Sequence record: PQ850597.1
Strand: one strand, 5' to 3'
DNA length: 47,021 nt
Source: Escherichia phage ChristineMuster_Bas80
Part shown: piece by piece, positions 24,813 through 37,891 of the stretch
How the letters are laid out: the number at the start of each line of letters is the position of its first letter
Numbering within the stretch: position 1 is the first letter of the stretch
Program-made: the position numbers and the translations under genes
Notes under the pieces: model-generated
The model's input: only the letters and a program-made list of their open reading frames with translations
Told to the model about the DNA's origin: nothing
Database searches by the model: none

Positions 24813-27190
24813 TGGCTGAAGAAGTCGGCGGAATTGTCTATGAAGTCGGGATGGATGTTAAAGGTCTGAAAGCTGGCGCGACAACAGCTAATAAGACTTT
24901 AGATGACCTTGAATCATCACTAAACAAGACCACCGGAGAACTCAACAAGCTGGACAAAGGCGCGCGCAATGCTGGCAGCGGAATGAAGAATGCTGGCGGC
25001 GCAGCTTCAGGGCTTAAAACCAGCATGTCGATGTTGGCTGGCGCAATATCCGTGTCACTGATTATCGAATGGGGAAAGCGATTCCTTGAGGTTGCCGATA
25101 ATATGACACAGCTTCAGGCAAGGATTGCTCGCTTGTCAACAGATGCGAAAACCGCGAACGAAACATTCAGCTCACTGGCAAATATTGCATCAACCACTGG
25201 CGCAAGCCTAAGTGATACCACGAAGCTGTGGGAAACATTGACGTCATCACTGAAAGAGGCTGGTGCTACAAATGCGCAGGTTCTTAACCTTACAGATACC
25301 CTGCAAAAAATAGGTCGAATCGGCGGGTCATCGACCGAAGAAATGGCCAACGCATTACGTCAGTTCGGTCAGTCAATCGCATCTGGCACAATCCGCGCCG
25401 AAGAATTTAACTCCATCCTTGAACAGATGCCTGAACTGGCGCGCCAGATTGCTGCTGGGCTTGGCATTTCAATGGGTGAACTTCGCGCCAGAATGCTTGA
25501 CGGCAAACTGACGGCAGAAGATGCGCTAAATGCCATTCAGGACAGGACAAGCATCGTCAATGCTGAATTCGCAAAGCTACCGCGCTCTATATCTCAGGCG
25601 ACTGGCAGCCTTGAAACATCATTTGCAAAAATGATAGCAAGCATAAACGACGCAACAGGAGCCAGTTCTACCTTTGTTTCAGTTATTGACTCTATTACCT
25701 CAGCAATCAACAGACTAACTGGTCAGACTATAGGTGCGGCAGAGGTTATTTCTGATTTGACATCAACAGCAGAGATGTTCAGTCGCAGAGCAAGAACATG
25801 GTCATGGGTTGGCATTGATGGTTGGGCCGCGCAGAATCAGGCCATAGCGGCGGTAGCAAATCAGGCGGCCACATTGGTCGCGGATATGGATGCCGTCACC
25901 AAATCGACAGGAGAGGCGGCAAAGGCGCAGGCTCATTTGACAGTGCCAAAAGCAGCAGAGAAAGAGAAAAAGAAAAAAGCAACAGGGAAAAGCGCCGAAG
26001 AACGACAAGCTGAGTCAGTGGCTGAAAAGCTGGAGAAATTACGCCAGCAAACCATGCTCAATGCCACATCCACCAGTGAACTCTCCCGCGAACAGGCAAT
26101 CCTCAATGCGCAACAATCGCTTGGCAAGGCAGCCACTCAGGAGCAAATAAAACTGGCCGGTGAGTATGCGGCGAAAATTTGGGATCAGAAGAATGCGCTG
26201 AAGGAGCAGGCAGAAGCGGAGAAGGAAAAGCAGCGTGTAGAAAAATCATATCAGGGACTGCGTTCCATTGCGTCGCCAACCACTGGCATTGACAGTGAAT
26301 ATCAGCAACGTATGGCTGACCTTGACGCCTACACCGCAGCGTACCCGCAGAAAATTACAGAGATTGAACAGACTCGCGCATCGATTGAAGCACAATACCG
26401 CCAGCAGAGAATGGATGCCATGTGGGCTGAATGGCAGCAGCAAAGCCTTGGGGCGCAACTGTTCGGAACCGCACTGGATTCCGCAATGAGCACAGCCTCA
26501 AACAGTATTACCGGATTGCTGACAGGTACAATGAGCGTTCAGGATGCCATGCGTAGCCTCGGCTCTACGGTGCTTAACTCGCTGGTAAACAGCTTCGTCG
26601 AGATGGGTGTGCAGTGGGTGAAATCTGCGGTAATGGGGCAGACAGCTCAGGTGGCAGCAACCGCTACCACAACAGCGGCGCAAACGGCAGGACTAGCAAC
26701 CACCACAGCTGCCTCCACTGCGGCGGCAGCCACTACCACGGCAGCGTGGACTCCGGCAGCAATCGTCGCATCAATCGGTTCATTCGGCGGTGCTGCTGCA
26801 ATTGGGGTTGGTGCTGTTCTCGGGGCACTGGCAATGGGTATCGCTGGCAAGCGAAAAAATGGTGGCCCTGTTAGCGCCGGAAGTATGTACGAAGTGGGCG
26901 AGGGAAACGCACCAGAAATATTCCAAGCCAGTACAGGCAGGCAATACATGATACCTGGCAACTCAGGAAAGGTTATCAGCAACAAAGACCTTGCCGGAAG
27001 TGGTATTGGCTTGATTATAAATAATAATGTTTATAATAGTTCAAGCGGAGCAACAGCAACTACCAATGCCAGAGATAACGGTGATGGTTCGATAACTATT
27101 GAGACATTTATATCCGATATGAATGAAGGCGGACCGATGAGTCAATCCATCTCAAGGAACTTTAATACCAACAGGAGAGCAACAGAGTAA
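24812..27190 (+). CDS. Tail tape measure protein
   Basis: 792-aa ORF, largely helical/Ala-rich with Ala/Thr repeat tract (AATATTTAAQTAGLATTTAASTAAAATTTAAW) and Gly-rich hydrophobic segment. Confidence 0.85.
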   Translation: MAEEVGGIVYEVGMDVKGLKAGATTANKTLDDLESSLNKTTGELNKLDKGARNAGSGMKNAGGAASGLKTSMSMLAGAISVSLIIEWGKRFLEVADNMTQLQARIARLSTDAKTANETFSSLANIASTTGASLSDTTKLWETLTSSLKEAGATNAQVLNLTDTLQKIGRIGGSSTEEMANALRQFGQSIASGTIRAEEFNSILEQMPELARQIAAGLGISMGELRARMLDGKLTAEDALNAIQDRTSIVNAEFAKLPRSISQATGSLETSFAKMIASINDATGASSTFVSVIDSITSAINRLTGQTIGAAEVISDLTSTAEMFSRRARTWSWVGIDGWAAQNQAIAAVANQAATLVADMDAVTKSTGEAAKAQAHLTVPKAAEKEKKKKATGKSAEERQAESVAEKLEKLRQQTMLNATSTSELSREQAILNAQQSLGKAATQEQIKLAGEYAAKIWDQKNALKEQAEAEKEKQRVEKSYQGLRSIASPTTGIDSEYQQRMADLDAYTAAYPQKITEIEQTRASIEAQYRQQRMDAMWAEWQQQSLGAQLFGTALDSAMSTASNSITGLLTGTMSVQDAMRSLGSTVLNSLVNSFVEMGVQWVKSAVMGQTAQVAATATTTAAQTAGLATTTAASTAAAATTTAAWTPAAIVASIGSFGGAAAIGVGAVLGALAMGIAGKRKNGGPVSAGSMYEVGEGNAPEIFQASTGRQYMIPGNSGKVISNKDLAGSGIGLIINNNVYNSSSGATATTNARDNGDGSITIETFISDMNEGGPMSQSISRNFNTNRRATE

Positions 27191-27195
27191 AAAGA

Positions 27196-27222
27196 AGCCC
27201 CGCTATTGCGGGGTTAGCTTTT
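27196..27222. terminator. Hairpin terminator candidate overlapping the stop of the minus-strand gene
   Basis: gccccgc-tatt-gcggggt hairpin then T-rich tract. Confidence 0.5.
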
Positions 27223-28078
27223 CTATCTCCAGCATCAACCTTGGTGTTTTTATTACCCATTCCGTACACCCATCAAACCCAGAAAATCCAGCTCTCTGGA
27301 ATTCATTGTGAAATCTTGATTCTATGCTTGCGGCAGTCATGCCATTTGTTTTTATTATCTTGATGATATCGAATTGAAATGGCGTATCTCTGGTTAATTT
27401 CCTTATCCTCTCTGCTTTATTATGAGTTACACCAATCTTTACCGCCCCAGCTGATACGGAAACAAGAAAGTAAACATATGCCGTTTTGTTTGTCCTCTTA
27501 AACCCATAATCAGCGCATTCAGGGCATCCCTTTCCAGACATATGATCGGAAGTGAATTGCAAAAATTCCCCATGCTTACGGCATATTATTTTAACCTTAA
27601 CCCTAGAATTAACGAATGAATCAACATCATATTGATAAGCGAACGAGTGAACTATATTTGATTTTCTCACAAAAATATCAAACGTTAACTTCCTGTTCTT
27701 GCTGCATGATGGACATCCTGCTCCTGCCATATGATGACTTCTTCTTTGAGTGAATACGCCGTGCTCTCTGCATATTATCTTGATATTTTCTGAAGATACC
27801 TCACCTTCAACCAGGTAATAATCATATTTACATTCATGAATTTCATTAAACCTCTCAATCAGGGAGTGCAGTTTGATTTTTCTTGATTCACGCCCACACA
27901 ACCTGCACCCTCCAACCAAATGAGCGTCAGGCCTTTGTCTAAACTCCCCATGCTCCCTGCAAATTATTGTTAATTTTGTTTTAGCGTCAAAATAAACAGA
28001 TTTTGAGTAATCATATTTGTCGCCGTGCGTGAGCCTTGCACGGCGAATGAATTCTTCAGTAGTTAATCGCTTGCGCAT
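27203..28078 (-). CDS. Zn-ribbon-repeat protein with C-terminal T5orf172/GIY-YIG-like domain (homing-endonuclease-like)
   Basis: Three tandem repeats of about 57 aa each with YDYS and C..HG.F...H..G.GCP.C; C-terminal YVYFLVSVSAGAVKIGVTHNKAERIRKL block. Confidence 0.5.
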   Translation of the reverse strand: MRKRLTTEEFIRRARLTHGDKYDYSKSVYFDAKTKLTIICREHGEFRQRPDAHLVGGCRLCGRESRKIKLHSLIERFNEIHECKYDYYLVEGEVSSENIKIICREHGVFTQRRSHHMAGAGCPSCSKNRKLTFDIFVRKSNIVHSFAYQYDVDSFVNSRVKVKIICRKHGEFLQFTSDHMSGKGCPECADYGFKRTNKTAYVYFLVSVSAGAVKIGVTHNKAERIRKLTRDTPFQFDIIKIIKTNGMTAASIESRFHNEFQRAGFSGFDGCTEWVIKTPRLMLEIEKLTPQ

Positions 28079-28175
28079 TTGAATCCTCGGTTAAAGGTGG
28101 TTTGAAGTGATGCAGCAGACGATAACCAATCGCTTTTCGGACGCCTCCTAGCTGCATGTTAATTATACCATGGCA

Positions 28176-28184
28176 TGCTAAAAT
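28176..28184 (+). promoter_or_regulatory. Extended -10 promoter TGcTAAAAT
   Basis: Identical 9-mer to the 19634-19642 element; 25 nt upstream of the 28210 ATG. Confidence 0.45.
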
Positions 28185-28209
28185 AAAATAAAATTAACTG
28201 GAGATTAGC

Positions 28210-29580
28210 ATGCCTATACCTTACCCCAGCTGGTTACCTTTACCACAAAGAGCCAACAAGAATTTAACATTCCAAACCCCATTCAGACAGGATGTTCCTG
28301 CTGTTGGCGCGCCTATTTTTCAAAAATTAACGACTGATATAAGTTCGCAGTGGTCACTGACGTGGAAGTTCACGCTGGTACAGGAGTGCGCATTCATCCA
28401 GTGGTTGCGTAGCCCGAGCTACCTCAACAAATGCAACAACTGGTTCACCATGATGATTGACCTCGGCGGTAGCGGATTGCAGGAGCAGACACTGCACTTT
28501 ACCGATTATCCTGTGCAAACCAGTATTGATGGTGGTGTGGTTACGTGGACTGGCAATGTTATCGCCAAGAAAATCAATAACACGATGGATGAGTTTGATG
28601 ATGTTCTGGTTGAGCTTGATTACAGATGGTATAGCTGGCTGGATGAAGTTGTTAACCGTGAACTTCCGCAAGTCTATATGACACCGATACTGCATATGCC
28701 AATCAACATGCTGTCATCTACGCTTGATAGCCGCATTGTTTACGACGGACCACAGGTTTACTACGTCAACAGAAGCGGCAATCTTGTGCAGTCCTCCGCC
28801 GGTGAATGGCCTCTTACGTTTATTGATGGGGTTGCTGTTGGGCGTGTACCGCCGGAAAAGGCGGCTACCAATGTGGTAGAACATTCTAACAACTTACTAT
28901 CTACATCATTTTCGCGCGCCAGAACAACAACTACGGCGAGTTCTTTGAAGTTATTCCAAGAAACTTATGCCGCTAAATTAACCGCAACGTCGGTATCAGA
29001 TAACCATTATATAAACCAGAGGGTGGCTCCAGCACCGGGAACAAGGTATTCTCTTAGCGTTATCATGAAAGCAGATGAGCACCAGTCGGCAGCGGTAGCC
29101 ATCGGCAACCGAGCCGCTTTAGATAATTTCCAGTATGCCTATGTTGACTTAGCCTCTGGCGATTTGATATCAGGCGACACCTCAAGGTCGTTTGTAAGCA
29201 ATATTGGTGGAGGGTGGTATCACGTTTCAATGGCTGCGGACACTAACGACTCTGGAGGATTGATTTATTCTCAGATAAACATGTTGTCGCCGTCTAACTC
29301 CCTCACCTTCATGGGGGATGGTGTCAGCGGCTTCAATGTGGCTCTAATTCAATTGGAGGCATCGCCATTTGCCTCGTCCCCGATAGTAACCGAATTGTCA
29401 CCAGGAACACGCACGACGGCATCCGCAAAAGTAGTAATGAACGGCGCAACCAGTATAGACATTACCTATTCCGACGGCTCTGTGGTAAACGTTACGTCTG
29501 TTGACGGTTACGCCACCGTTCCACAGGCCGATTCCGCGTGGGGTAGTAAGTACATCACAACAATAAAATTCAACGTCTGA
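28210..29580 (+). CDS. Minor tail protein (distal tail component) with C-terminal extension
   Basis: 456-aa ORF right after tape measure region, GGAG RBS. Confidence 0.45.
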   Translation: MPIPYPSWLPLPQRANKNLTFQTPFRQDVPAVGAPIFQKLTTDISSQWSLTWKFTLVQECAFIQWLRSPSYLNKCNNWFTMMIDLGGSGLQEQTLHFTDYPVQTSIDGGVVTWTGNVIAKKINNTMDEFDDVLVELDYRWYSWLDEVVNRELPQVYMTPILHMPINMLSSTLDSRIVYDGPQVYYVNRSGNLVQSSAGEWPLTFIDGVAVGRVPPEKAATNVVEHSNNLLSTSFSRARTTTTASSLKLFQETYAAKLTATSVSDNHYINQRVAPAPGTRYSLSVIMKADEHQSAAVAIGNRAALDNFQYAYVDLASGDLISGDTSRSFVSNIGGGWYHVSMAADTNDSGGLIYSQINMLSPSNSLTFMGDGVSGFNVALIQLEASPFASSPIVTELSPGTRTTASAKVVMNGATSIDITYSDGSVVNVTSVDGYATVPQADSAWGSKYITTIKFNV

Positions 29581-29586
29581 CATTAA

Positions 29587-32927
<3,341 letters not shown>

Positions 32928-32966
32928 TACAATATACATCAAATTCACAAAGGAGCATTTATTATA

Positions 32967-34874
32967 ATGACTACCACACCAACTAATAAACCAATTCCGT
33001 CTGAAGACCCGCGCGACCTGAAATTTAATGCCGGGAAAATCGACGAAGTTGTTAACTCTGATGCGCATTACTACACCGATCGTTTCGGCATTCGCCGGTT
33101 TACTATCGCCGGTTTCCAATATACAGCAGAAGAAGCTATCCGTAATTATGGCTATATCACGATGGACAGTTTTGAGGATGGGGCGACACTGACGTTGCCT
33201 AATCAGGTTCTGCGCTATGAGGCTACTGGCGAATATTACCGCTGGGACGGTGAATTTCCTAAAACTGTTTCTGCCGGCTCAACACCTGAAGCATCTGGTG
33301 GTGTTGGTATTGGTGCATGGGTTAGTGTTGGTGATGCTTCATTGCGCAGTGATTTGGCCCTAAGCACTGGCGCAGGGTTAGTTGGGACAACATCCGGCAG
33401 GACCGTACAGGCAGAGTTTGACCATTTCAAAATAGGGTATATGACACCCGATGATTTCGGCGCGGTAGGTGATGGTGCCACCGACGACACCACGCCTTTG
33501 CAACAGGCTATTGACTATTGTTCAAGCAACGGTATCGCGTTAAGAATCCCCGCAAAATCTTATGTTTGGAATGGCGGTATTATAACTTCACCCATAACAA
33601 TAATCGGTGACAGACGTCCAGATTACAATTTTAGCTCCAATTCTATGTCTAACGGGTCTGTCATAATTGGCAATTTAAGATTTTCCGCAAGCCAGGTGAT
33701 TATTAAGTCACTTGGTGTGCGTAGGCCTACAGGCTCCCCCGGAGATTGTCTGGTGTTATCGACCGATAACTATGCTGGTGGGTCTTGTATTGTTCAAGAT
33801 GTAGTTGCCGCGGGCCTTTCCGGTTCGGACACGTACCACAGCGTTCTTGTTGAAGGCTACGATTCCGCGCATGTATCTCAAATAACTGGCGGTTATAATC
33901 TTTTTGGCCTCGCGATTAAGTCAAGAAACGTTGTTGCCAGAGGCGTAATAACCGTAAGCTGTGATACTGGCGTTATCATTAAATCTGATAGTGAGTTCAG
34001 CACGGCAAAAAATGTGGTGCTGGACGGGCACATTAATGTCGGTAATGGTGTTTCTAGTCAAGGTGTTTGGATTTACAGCACAACCGCACAACTTGAGCGT
34101 ATTACCTGCGCAAACTTACAAAGCATCGATTCCGCTATACATATGCGGATTAAGTCCGAAAACGTAGCTAATGACGTGCAAATTGTTGGGGCAAATTATT
34201 CAGGATCTACTTATGCGGATGTGCTCGTCGAAGGCACTTCGGCTGGCACGTTGTACAATGTTAGTTTAGATAGTATAACCGCAGTAAATAGCCAGAAATT
34301 TATGGCTGCAGGTTTCTGTGAACAACTGATGGTAACAGGATTCTATGGGTCCCTGAAACCTGGCGCTCCCGCCGATACTGCGTTTGAGGTTAGCTCCGCC
34401 GTAGGGCTTTTTAGCGTGTCAAATATCCAACTAGTCCGTCAATACAGCAGTGACCTAATGACAATGAATCTCGGTAACAGTTATCTTAATAATAGATTAT
34501 CATCTGTTAAGGCGAAAGTAATAGGAAACGGCAAACCTAGGCCGGGGTATAAAGAACAGAATATTAGCGGCGCTGCGGCTACAATGATTGTTGGCGACAG
34601 TTTGGGGCCCTCTGGGGTTGTGTCTGTCACCGCGATATCCGCCGGCAGTTCATTCAGCAGTATTGCTATTAATGACGACTATGGTCAGCCGGTTAAGCCA
34701 GGTTTTCTTCTAATAATCCGAAACGCATCCGCTATCTCGTTCGTTATGAACCATAATCCAGGGCCTGGTGGAATCGCAAATAACGGGGAGGTTGGTAAGA
34801 CCATTGCGGGCGGAGACACTATAATGTACGTTTTTGACGGGGCGAATTGGCGTCAAACTCCATCTATAGCTTAA
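32967..34874 (+). CDS. Tailspike / tail fibre with pectate-lyase-like beta-helix (putative depolymerase)
   Basis: Motif DFGAVGDGATDDTTPLQQAIDY typical of pectate-lyase-3-type beta-helix proteins; 635 aa; last structural gene. Confidence 0.65.
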   Translation: MTTTPTNKPIPSEDPRDLKFNAGKIDEVVNSDAHYYTDRFGIRRFTIAGFQYTAEEAIRNYGYITMDSFEDGATLTLPNQVLRYEATGEYYRWDGEFPKTVSAGSTPEASGGVGIGAWVSVGDASLRSDLALSTGAGLVGTTSGRTVQAEFDHFKIGYMTPDDFGAVGDGATDDTTPLQQAIDYCSSNGIALRIPAKSYVWNGGIITSPITIIGDRRPDYNFSSNSMSNGSVIIGNLRFSASQVIIKSLGVRRPTGSPGDCLVLSTDNYAGGSCIVQDVVAAGLSGSDTYHSVLVEGYDSAHVSQITGGYNLFGLAIKSRNVVARGVITVSCDTGVIIKSDSEFSTAKNVVLDGHINVGNGVSSQGVWIYSTTAQLERITCANLQSIDSAIHMRIKSENVANDVQIVGANYSGSTYADVLVEGTSAGTLYNVSLDSITAVNSQKFMAAGFCEQLMVTGFYGSLKPGAPADTAFEVSSAVGLFSVSNIQLVRQYSSDLMTMNLGNSYLNNRLSSVKAKVIGNGKPRPGYKEQNISGAAATMIVGDSLGPSGVVSVTAISAGSSFSSIAINDDYGQPVKPGFLLIIRNASAISFVMNHNPGPGGIANNGEVGKTIAGGDTIMYVFDGANWRQTPSIA

Positions 34875-34880
34875 AACTAA

Positions 34881-34902
34881 GGCCCCGAAAGGGGCATTTT
34901 AT
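34881..34902. terminator. Rho-independent terminator (bidirectional candidate)
   Basis: gcccc-gaaa-ggggc hairpin with T-rich flank between convergent genes. Confidence 0.6.
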
Positions 34903-34915
34903 CTTTGGTCACCAT

Positions 34916-35401
34916 TTAGAAGGGTATTGAATCATCGAAGTCTATCGGATGCTCATTGCCTCCTTGTATGCTTTGTTGTTTTTGCTGTTGTTGTTGCTGT
35001 TGCGATTGTTGGCCTGATTGCTGTCGTGGTTGCTGCTGACTGGAATCATCACGTTTACCACCAAGCATCTGCATAACGCCGCCCACCTGTGGAATAACAA
35101 TCTCAGTGGTGTATCGGTCTACGCCATTGCTGTCAGTCCACTTACGAGTGCGTAGCTGACCTTCGATATAAACCTGCGATCCTTTGCGAAGGTATTCTCC
35201 TGCAACTTCTGCAAGTTTCCCGAAGATGACAACGCGATGCCATTCAGTTTGCTCTTTCTTTTCTCCTGTTTGCTTGTCCTTCCACTGTTCAGATGTTGCA
35301 ACAGAAAGATTGGCAATTGCAGAGCCTGATGCTGAATATTTAACTTCAGGGTCGTTGCCGAGAGTGCCGACAATAATTACTTTATTTACGCCGCGTGCCA
35401 T
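34916..35401 (-). CDS. ssb: Single-stranded DNA-binding protein
   Basis: OB-fold-like N-terminus ([18 protein letters not shown]...[12 protein letters not shown]), Gln-rich linker and acidic C-terminal tail DFDDSIPF. Confidence 0.9.
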   Translation of the reverse strand: MARGVNKVIIVGTLGNDPEVKYSASGSAIANLSVATSEQWKDKQTGEKKEQTEWHRVVIFGKLAEVAGEYLRKGSQVYIEGQLRTRKWTDSNGVDRYTTEIVIPQVGGVMQMLGGKRDDSSQQQPRQQSGQQSQQQQQQQKQQSIQGGNEHPIDFDDSIPF

Positions 35402-35404
35402 TTA

Positions 35405-36448
35405 TTAAAATCCTTCAATTGGAGTTGGTTTGTGTTCTGTTTTTTCTTCCTGCGGTTCTGGCTGCTGTGGTTGCGGTTTAGCCAGTTTTGCAGGATTGAA
35501 ATTATCCTGCGGAGTTATTACCACAGGAGATAATTGCTCATCATTGATAAAAGACTCAATGCGATCATATTCAGCGGCAGAAGCAGCCAGAGAAGGCCAG
35601 ATTGCGCGAATTTTATCTTTCAGGTTATCAGGTATTGATTTTGCTTCTTCCTTCAGGCCTTCCATGCCTTTTGCTGCAGAAAGCTGAAGTCTTGAGCGCC
35701 ATGACTCAAACTCTTCGTCAACTTTAACGCCAGAGTCAACCCATTTGATGAGTCCGCGACCATGCGCCTCTCCAATATATCCATGGCGAACACTTTCACG
35801 ACCAGACTCAAAGAATATTGGGCGTAGTTCTTCTGGTAATTTTGTGAACTCCTGAATTTTGCCTCCATCGTGCATCATCATGCTCACGGTCATCTCGAAC
35901 ATGAAATCTTTCTCGCACACTGGTTGCAACCCAAGTGATACAGGTTCCTTCGGGTTTGCGAAATCAGTTTTCTGACGTGCGCGAAGGCAGACAATGATAT
36001 GCATATTGCTTTGTAGCATGGCATTCATGAACTTCTTGTGTTCAGCTTTGGCGCGCTTCCAGTCAGCCATCTTTTTACCGTTAAGCAGCGGCTTTTCAGC
36101 AATCTCCGTGCAACTGCCTTCACCTTCCCATTCATGCGAACCTGAATCAATAACAAGAACCTTAACGCCGGCAGCCTGAAACTCTTCAATGGCCTGACGG
36201 TAACGGGCCGGGCTGAATGGAGCATACATATCAGCGTGCAGGAATTTGCCATCAAGGATGTTTGAGTACAGGCGACCGCGACCGTTTTCAGTATCAAGGA
36301 ATCCGATTTCTTCTGGTGAATCAACCATCCCGCGAGCCAGCTTAAGTGCGCTATATGTTTTGCCGCTACCTGACTGGCCTGAAATGCCGATGACCACGCG
36401 AGAACCTGAACGCTCTGCTGGTTTAATATTGAGAATACCCATTTTCAT
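35405..36448 (-). CDS. RecA-like P-loop ATPase (AAA_24/Sak4-like recombination protein candidate)
   Basis: Walker A GQSGSGKT and Walker-B-like VLVIDS; sits between ssb and exonuclease genes. Confidence 0.5.
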   Translation of the reverse strand: MKMGILNIKPAERSGSRVVIGISGQSGSGKTYSALKLARGMVDSPEEIGFLDTENGRGRLYSNILDGKFLHADMYAPFSPARYRQAIEEFQAAGVKVLVIDSGSHEWEGEGSCTEIAEKPLLNGKKMADWKRAKAEHKKFMNAMLQSNMHIIVCLRARQKTDFANPKEPVSLGLQPVCEKDFMFEMTVSMMMHDGGKIQEFTKLPEELRPIFFESGRESVRHGYIGEAHGRGLIKWVDSGVKVDEEFESWRSRLQLSAAKGMEGLKEEAKSIPDNLKDKIRAIWPSLAASAAEYDRIESFINDEQLSPVVITPQDNFNPAKLAKPQPQQPEPQEEKTEHKPTPIEGF

Positions 36449-36459
36449 CACCTCACTAA

Positions 36460-37398
36460 TTATAAATTAAACTGTTTTTTGAACCATTCAGGCGTTTCCA
36501 TTTCTATGACAGGATTACCCATTGAATAACCGGGCCACGAATTGGCTTTTTTGCACGCCTTGTAAATTTCCATAGCGCCATGCAACTGAATTCGACCGAT
36601 GCGTAATTGCTCTTCAGTCAAGCGAATTAACGCAGGAATAAATGGTGCTTTCTTTTCCTGAACGAGAAGATTAACAGAGCGTGGCGCATGACCATATGCC
36701 GCAACAAACATGTCGTGCTGCATCGCCATTTTCATAAAGTACCCAAGTCTCGCAGCATGACGGAAAAACTCTTCTGGCTTGGCGCTCACCGCTGTTTTGT
36801 AGTCGATGATGTCGCCACCTTTGGTAAGGCAGTCAAAGCGAACTTTTGCCTTCTCTCCGTTAAGTTCACCTAGAATTGACACTTCAGCATAAGCACCAGC
36901 GAGAAGACTGCTGTAATAGCTGTTTGCGTGGATTACAGCACGCATTTGCTGAATAGCGTCATAATCACCACCTTCCAGCATTTGCTTTCCTACAGCAGCT
37001 TTTTCAGCCTCTTCACGGATGACATCGTAAATTTTCACTGGCTCGCCAGTCGCCTGGATGATTTTGATCACCTCAGCTTTCGACTTTCCTGAAAGTCCTT
37101 TGATGCCTCGTTCTTTTGCCCATGAGTTCATATCACTTACAGTAACAAGCAGGTCATCACCAAAATCTTCTTTGGTTGGCATTCGTGCATATTCAGCATC
37201 AAAACGCTCTGGTTCAAGCAACGCAGTATGGCTACCTGTACCGAATATAAGAGCTTTTGATTGCTCATCCTCTTCGTCTTTGTATCGCCATGCTGCTGGG
37301 CATCTGTCATATATGTTCCACAAGCCAGAGCCATTAATATGCTCTGTGTCTGCGTGGTAATCTTCATTACTGAGTTCATTATTGAAATAGACTTTCAT
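36460..37398 (-). CDS. PD-(D/E)XK-type exonuclease (putative)
   Basis: ATG at 37398 with GAGG RBS; D...D.K-like motif (FDCLTKGGDIIDYKTA). Confidence 0.45.
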   Translation of the reverse strand: MKVYFNNELSNEDYHADTEHINGSGLWNIYDRCPAAWRYKDEEDEQSKALIFGTGSHTALLEPERFDAEYARMPTKEDFGDDLLVTVSDMNSWAKERGIKGLSGKSKAEVIKIIQATGEPVKIYDVIREEAEKAAVGKQMLEGGDYDAIQQMRAVIHANSYYSSLLAGAYAEVSILGELNGEKAKVRFDCLTKGGDIIDYKTAVSAKPEEFFRHAARLGYFMKMAMQHDMFVAAYGHAPRSVNLLVQEKKAPFIPALIRLTEEQLRIGRIQLHGAMEIYKACKKANSWPGYSMGNPVIEMETPEWFKKQFNL

Positions 37399-37427
37399 TG
37401 TTAACCTCACTCATCATCACGTAAATG

Positions 37428-37456
37428 AATCTACATCAATCCACATCGAAAGGCAA
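37428..37456 (-). promoter_or_regulatory. Putative internal promoter TTGCCT-17-TAGATT (minus strand)
   Basis: Reverse complement of 37428-37433 is TAGATT with ATCTACATCA motif at 37429-37438; lies within the 3' end of the VRR-NUC gene. Confidence 0.4.
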
Positions 37457-37891
37457 GCCAAAATAGGTCAACACTGCAATCTTTATCTGGTCGAGTCCAC
37501 ACGCCACCGCAGAGAATGCACCAGCGCTGGCGCTATCGTTGAGAAACGGTATCTGTCCTGGTTGCCATTTGCTAAGCGTTGAATCATGGCGCTTCAACTC
37601 TATCGTCGCTTTATGCCACTTCACACCAGGCGTCAGGATTATCACATCAGACACCCCTGACCTGACACCTTTCCTTGCGCGCGATGACAGATGCTGCACT
37701 GAGTTGCTTTTAGTCTCCTGAGATGGATGGAACCACAGCACATCAGGAAACCGATAATCCATCCACCACTTAAACGCTATCAAGTCTGAATCCTCATGCG
37801 GACACTCGCCACGGTAACCTTCATCAAAAATTAATACCTTGTCACTCAGCTCATGCTGCTTGAATCGCTTTTTCACTATTCTCTCCTGCAA
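37436..37891 (-). CDS. VRR-NUC domain nuclease (putative)
   Basis: GVSDVIILTPGVKWHKATIELKR matches the D...E.K core pattern of VRR-NUC proteins. Confidence 0.5.
   Translation of the reverse strand: MQERIVKKRFKQHELSDKVLIFDEGYRGECPHEDSDLIAFKWWMDYRFPDVLWFHPSQETKSNSVQHLSSRARKGVRSGVSDVIILTPGVKWHKATIELKRHDSTLSKWQPGQIPFLNDSASAGAFSAVACGLDQIKIAVLTYFGLPFDVD

Noticed and set aside
26614-26985. Repetitive tract in the tape-measure gene with overlapping alternate-frame ORFs; considered as tandem repeat or CRISPR-like
   Set aside because: The repeats are in-frame Ala/Thr-rich coding repeats of the tape-measure protein, with no spacer-repeat periodicity; no CRISPR array anywhere in the window
34950-35050. 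CAA/CAG-rich repetitive DNA
   Set aside because: Encodes the Gln-rich linker of the SSB protein on the minus strand; not an independent repeat element
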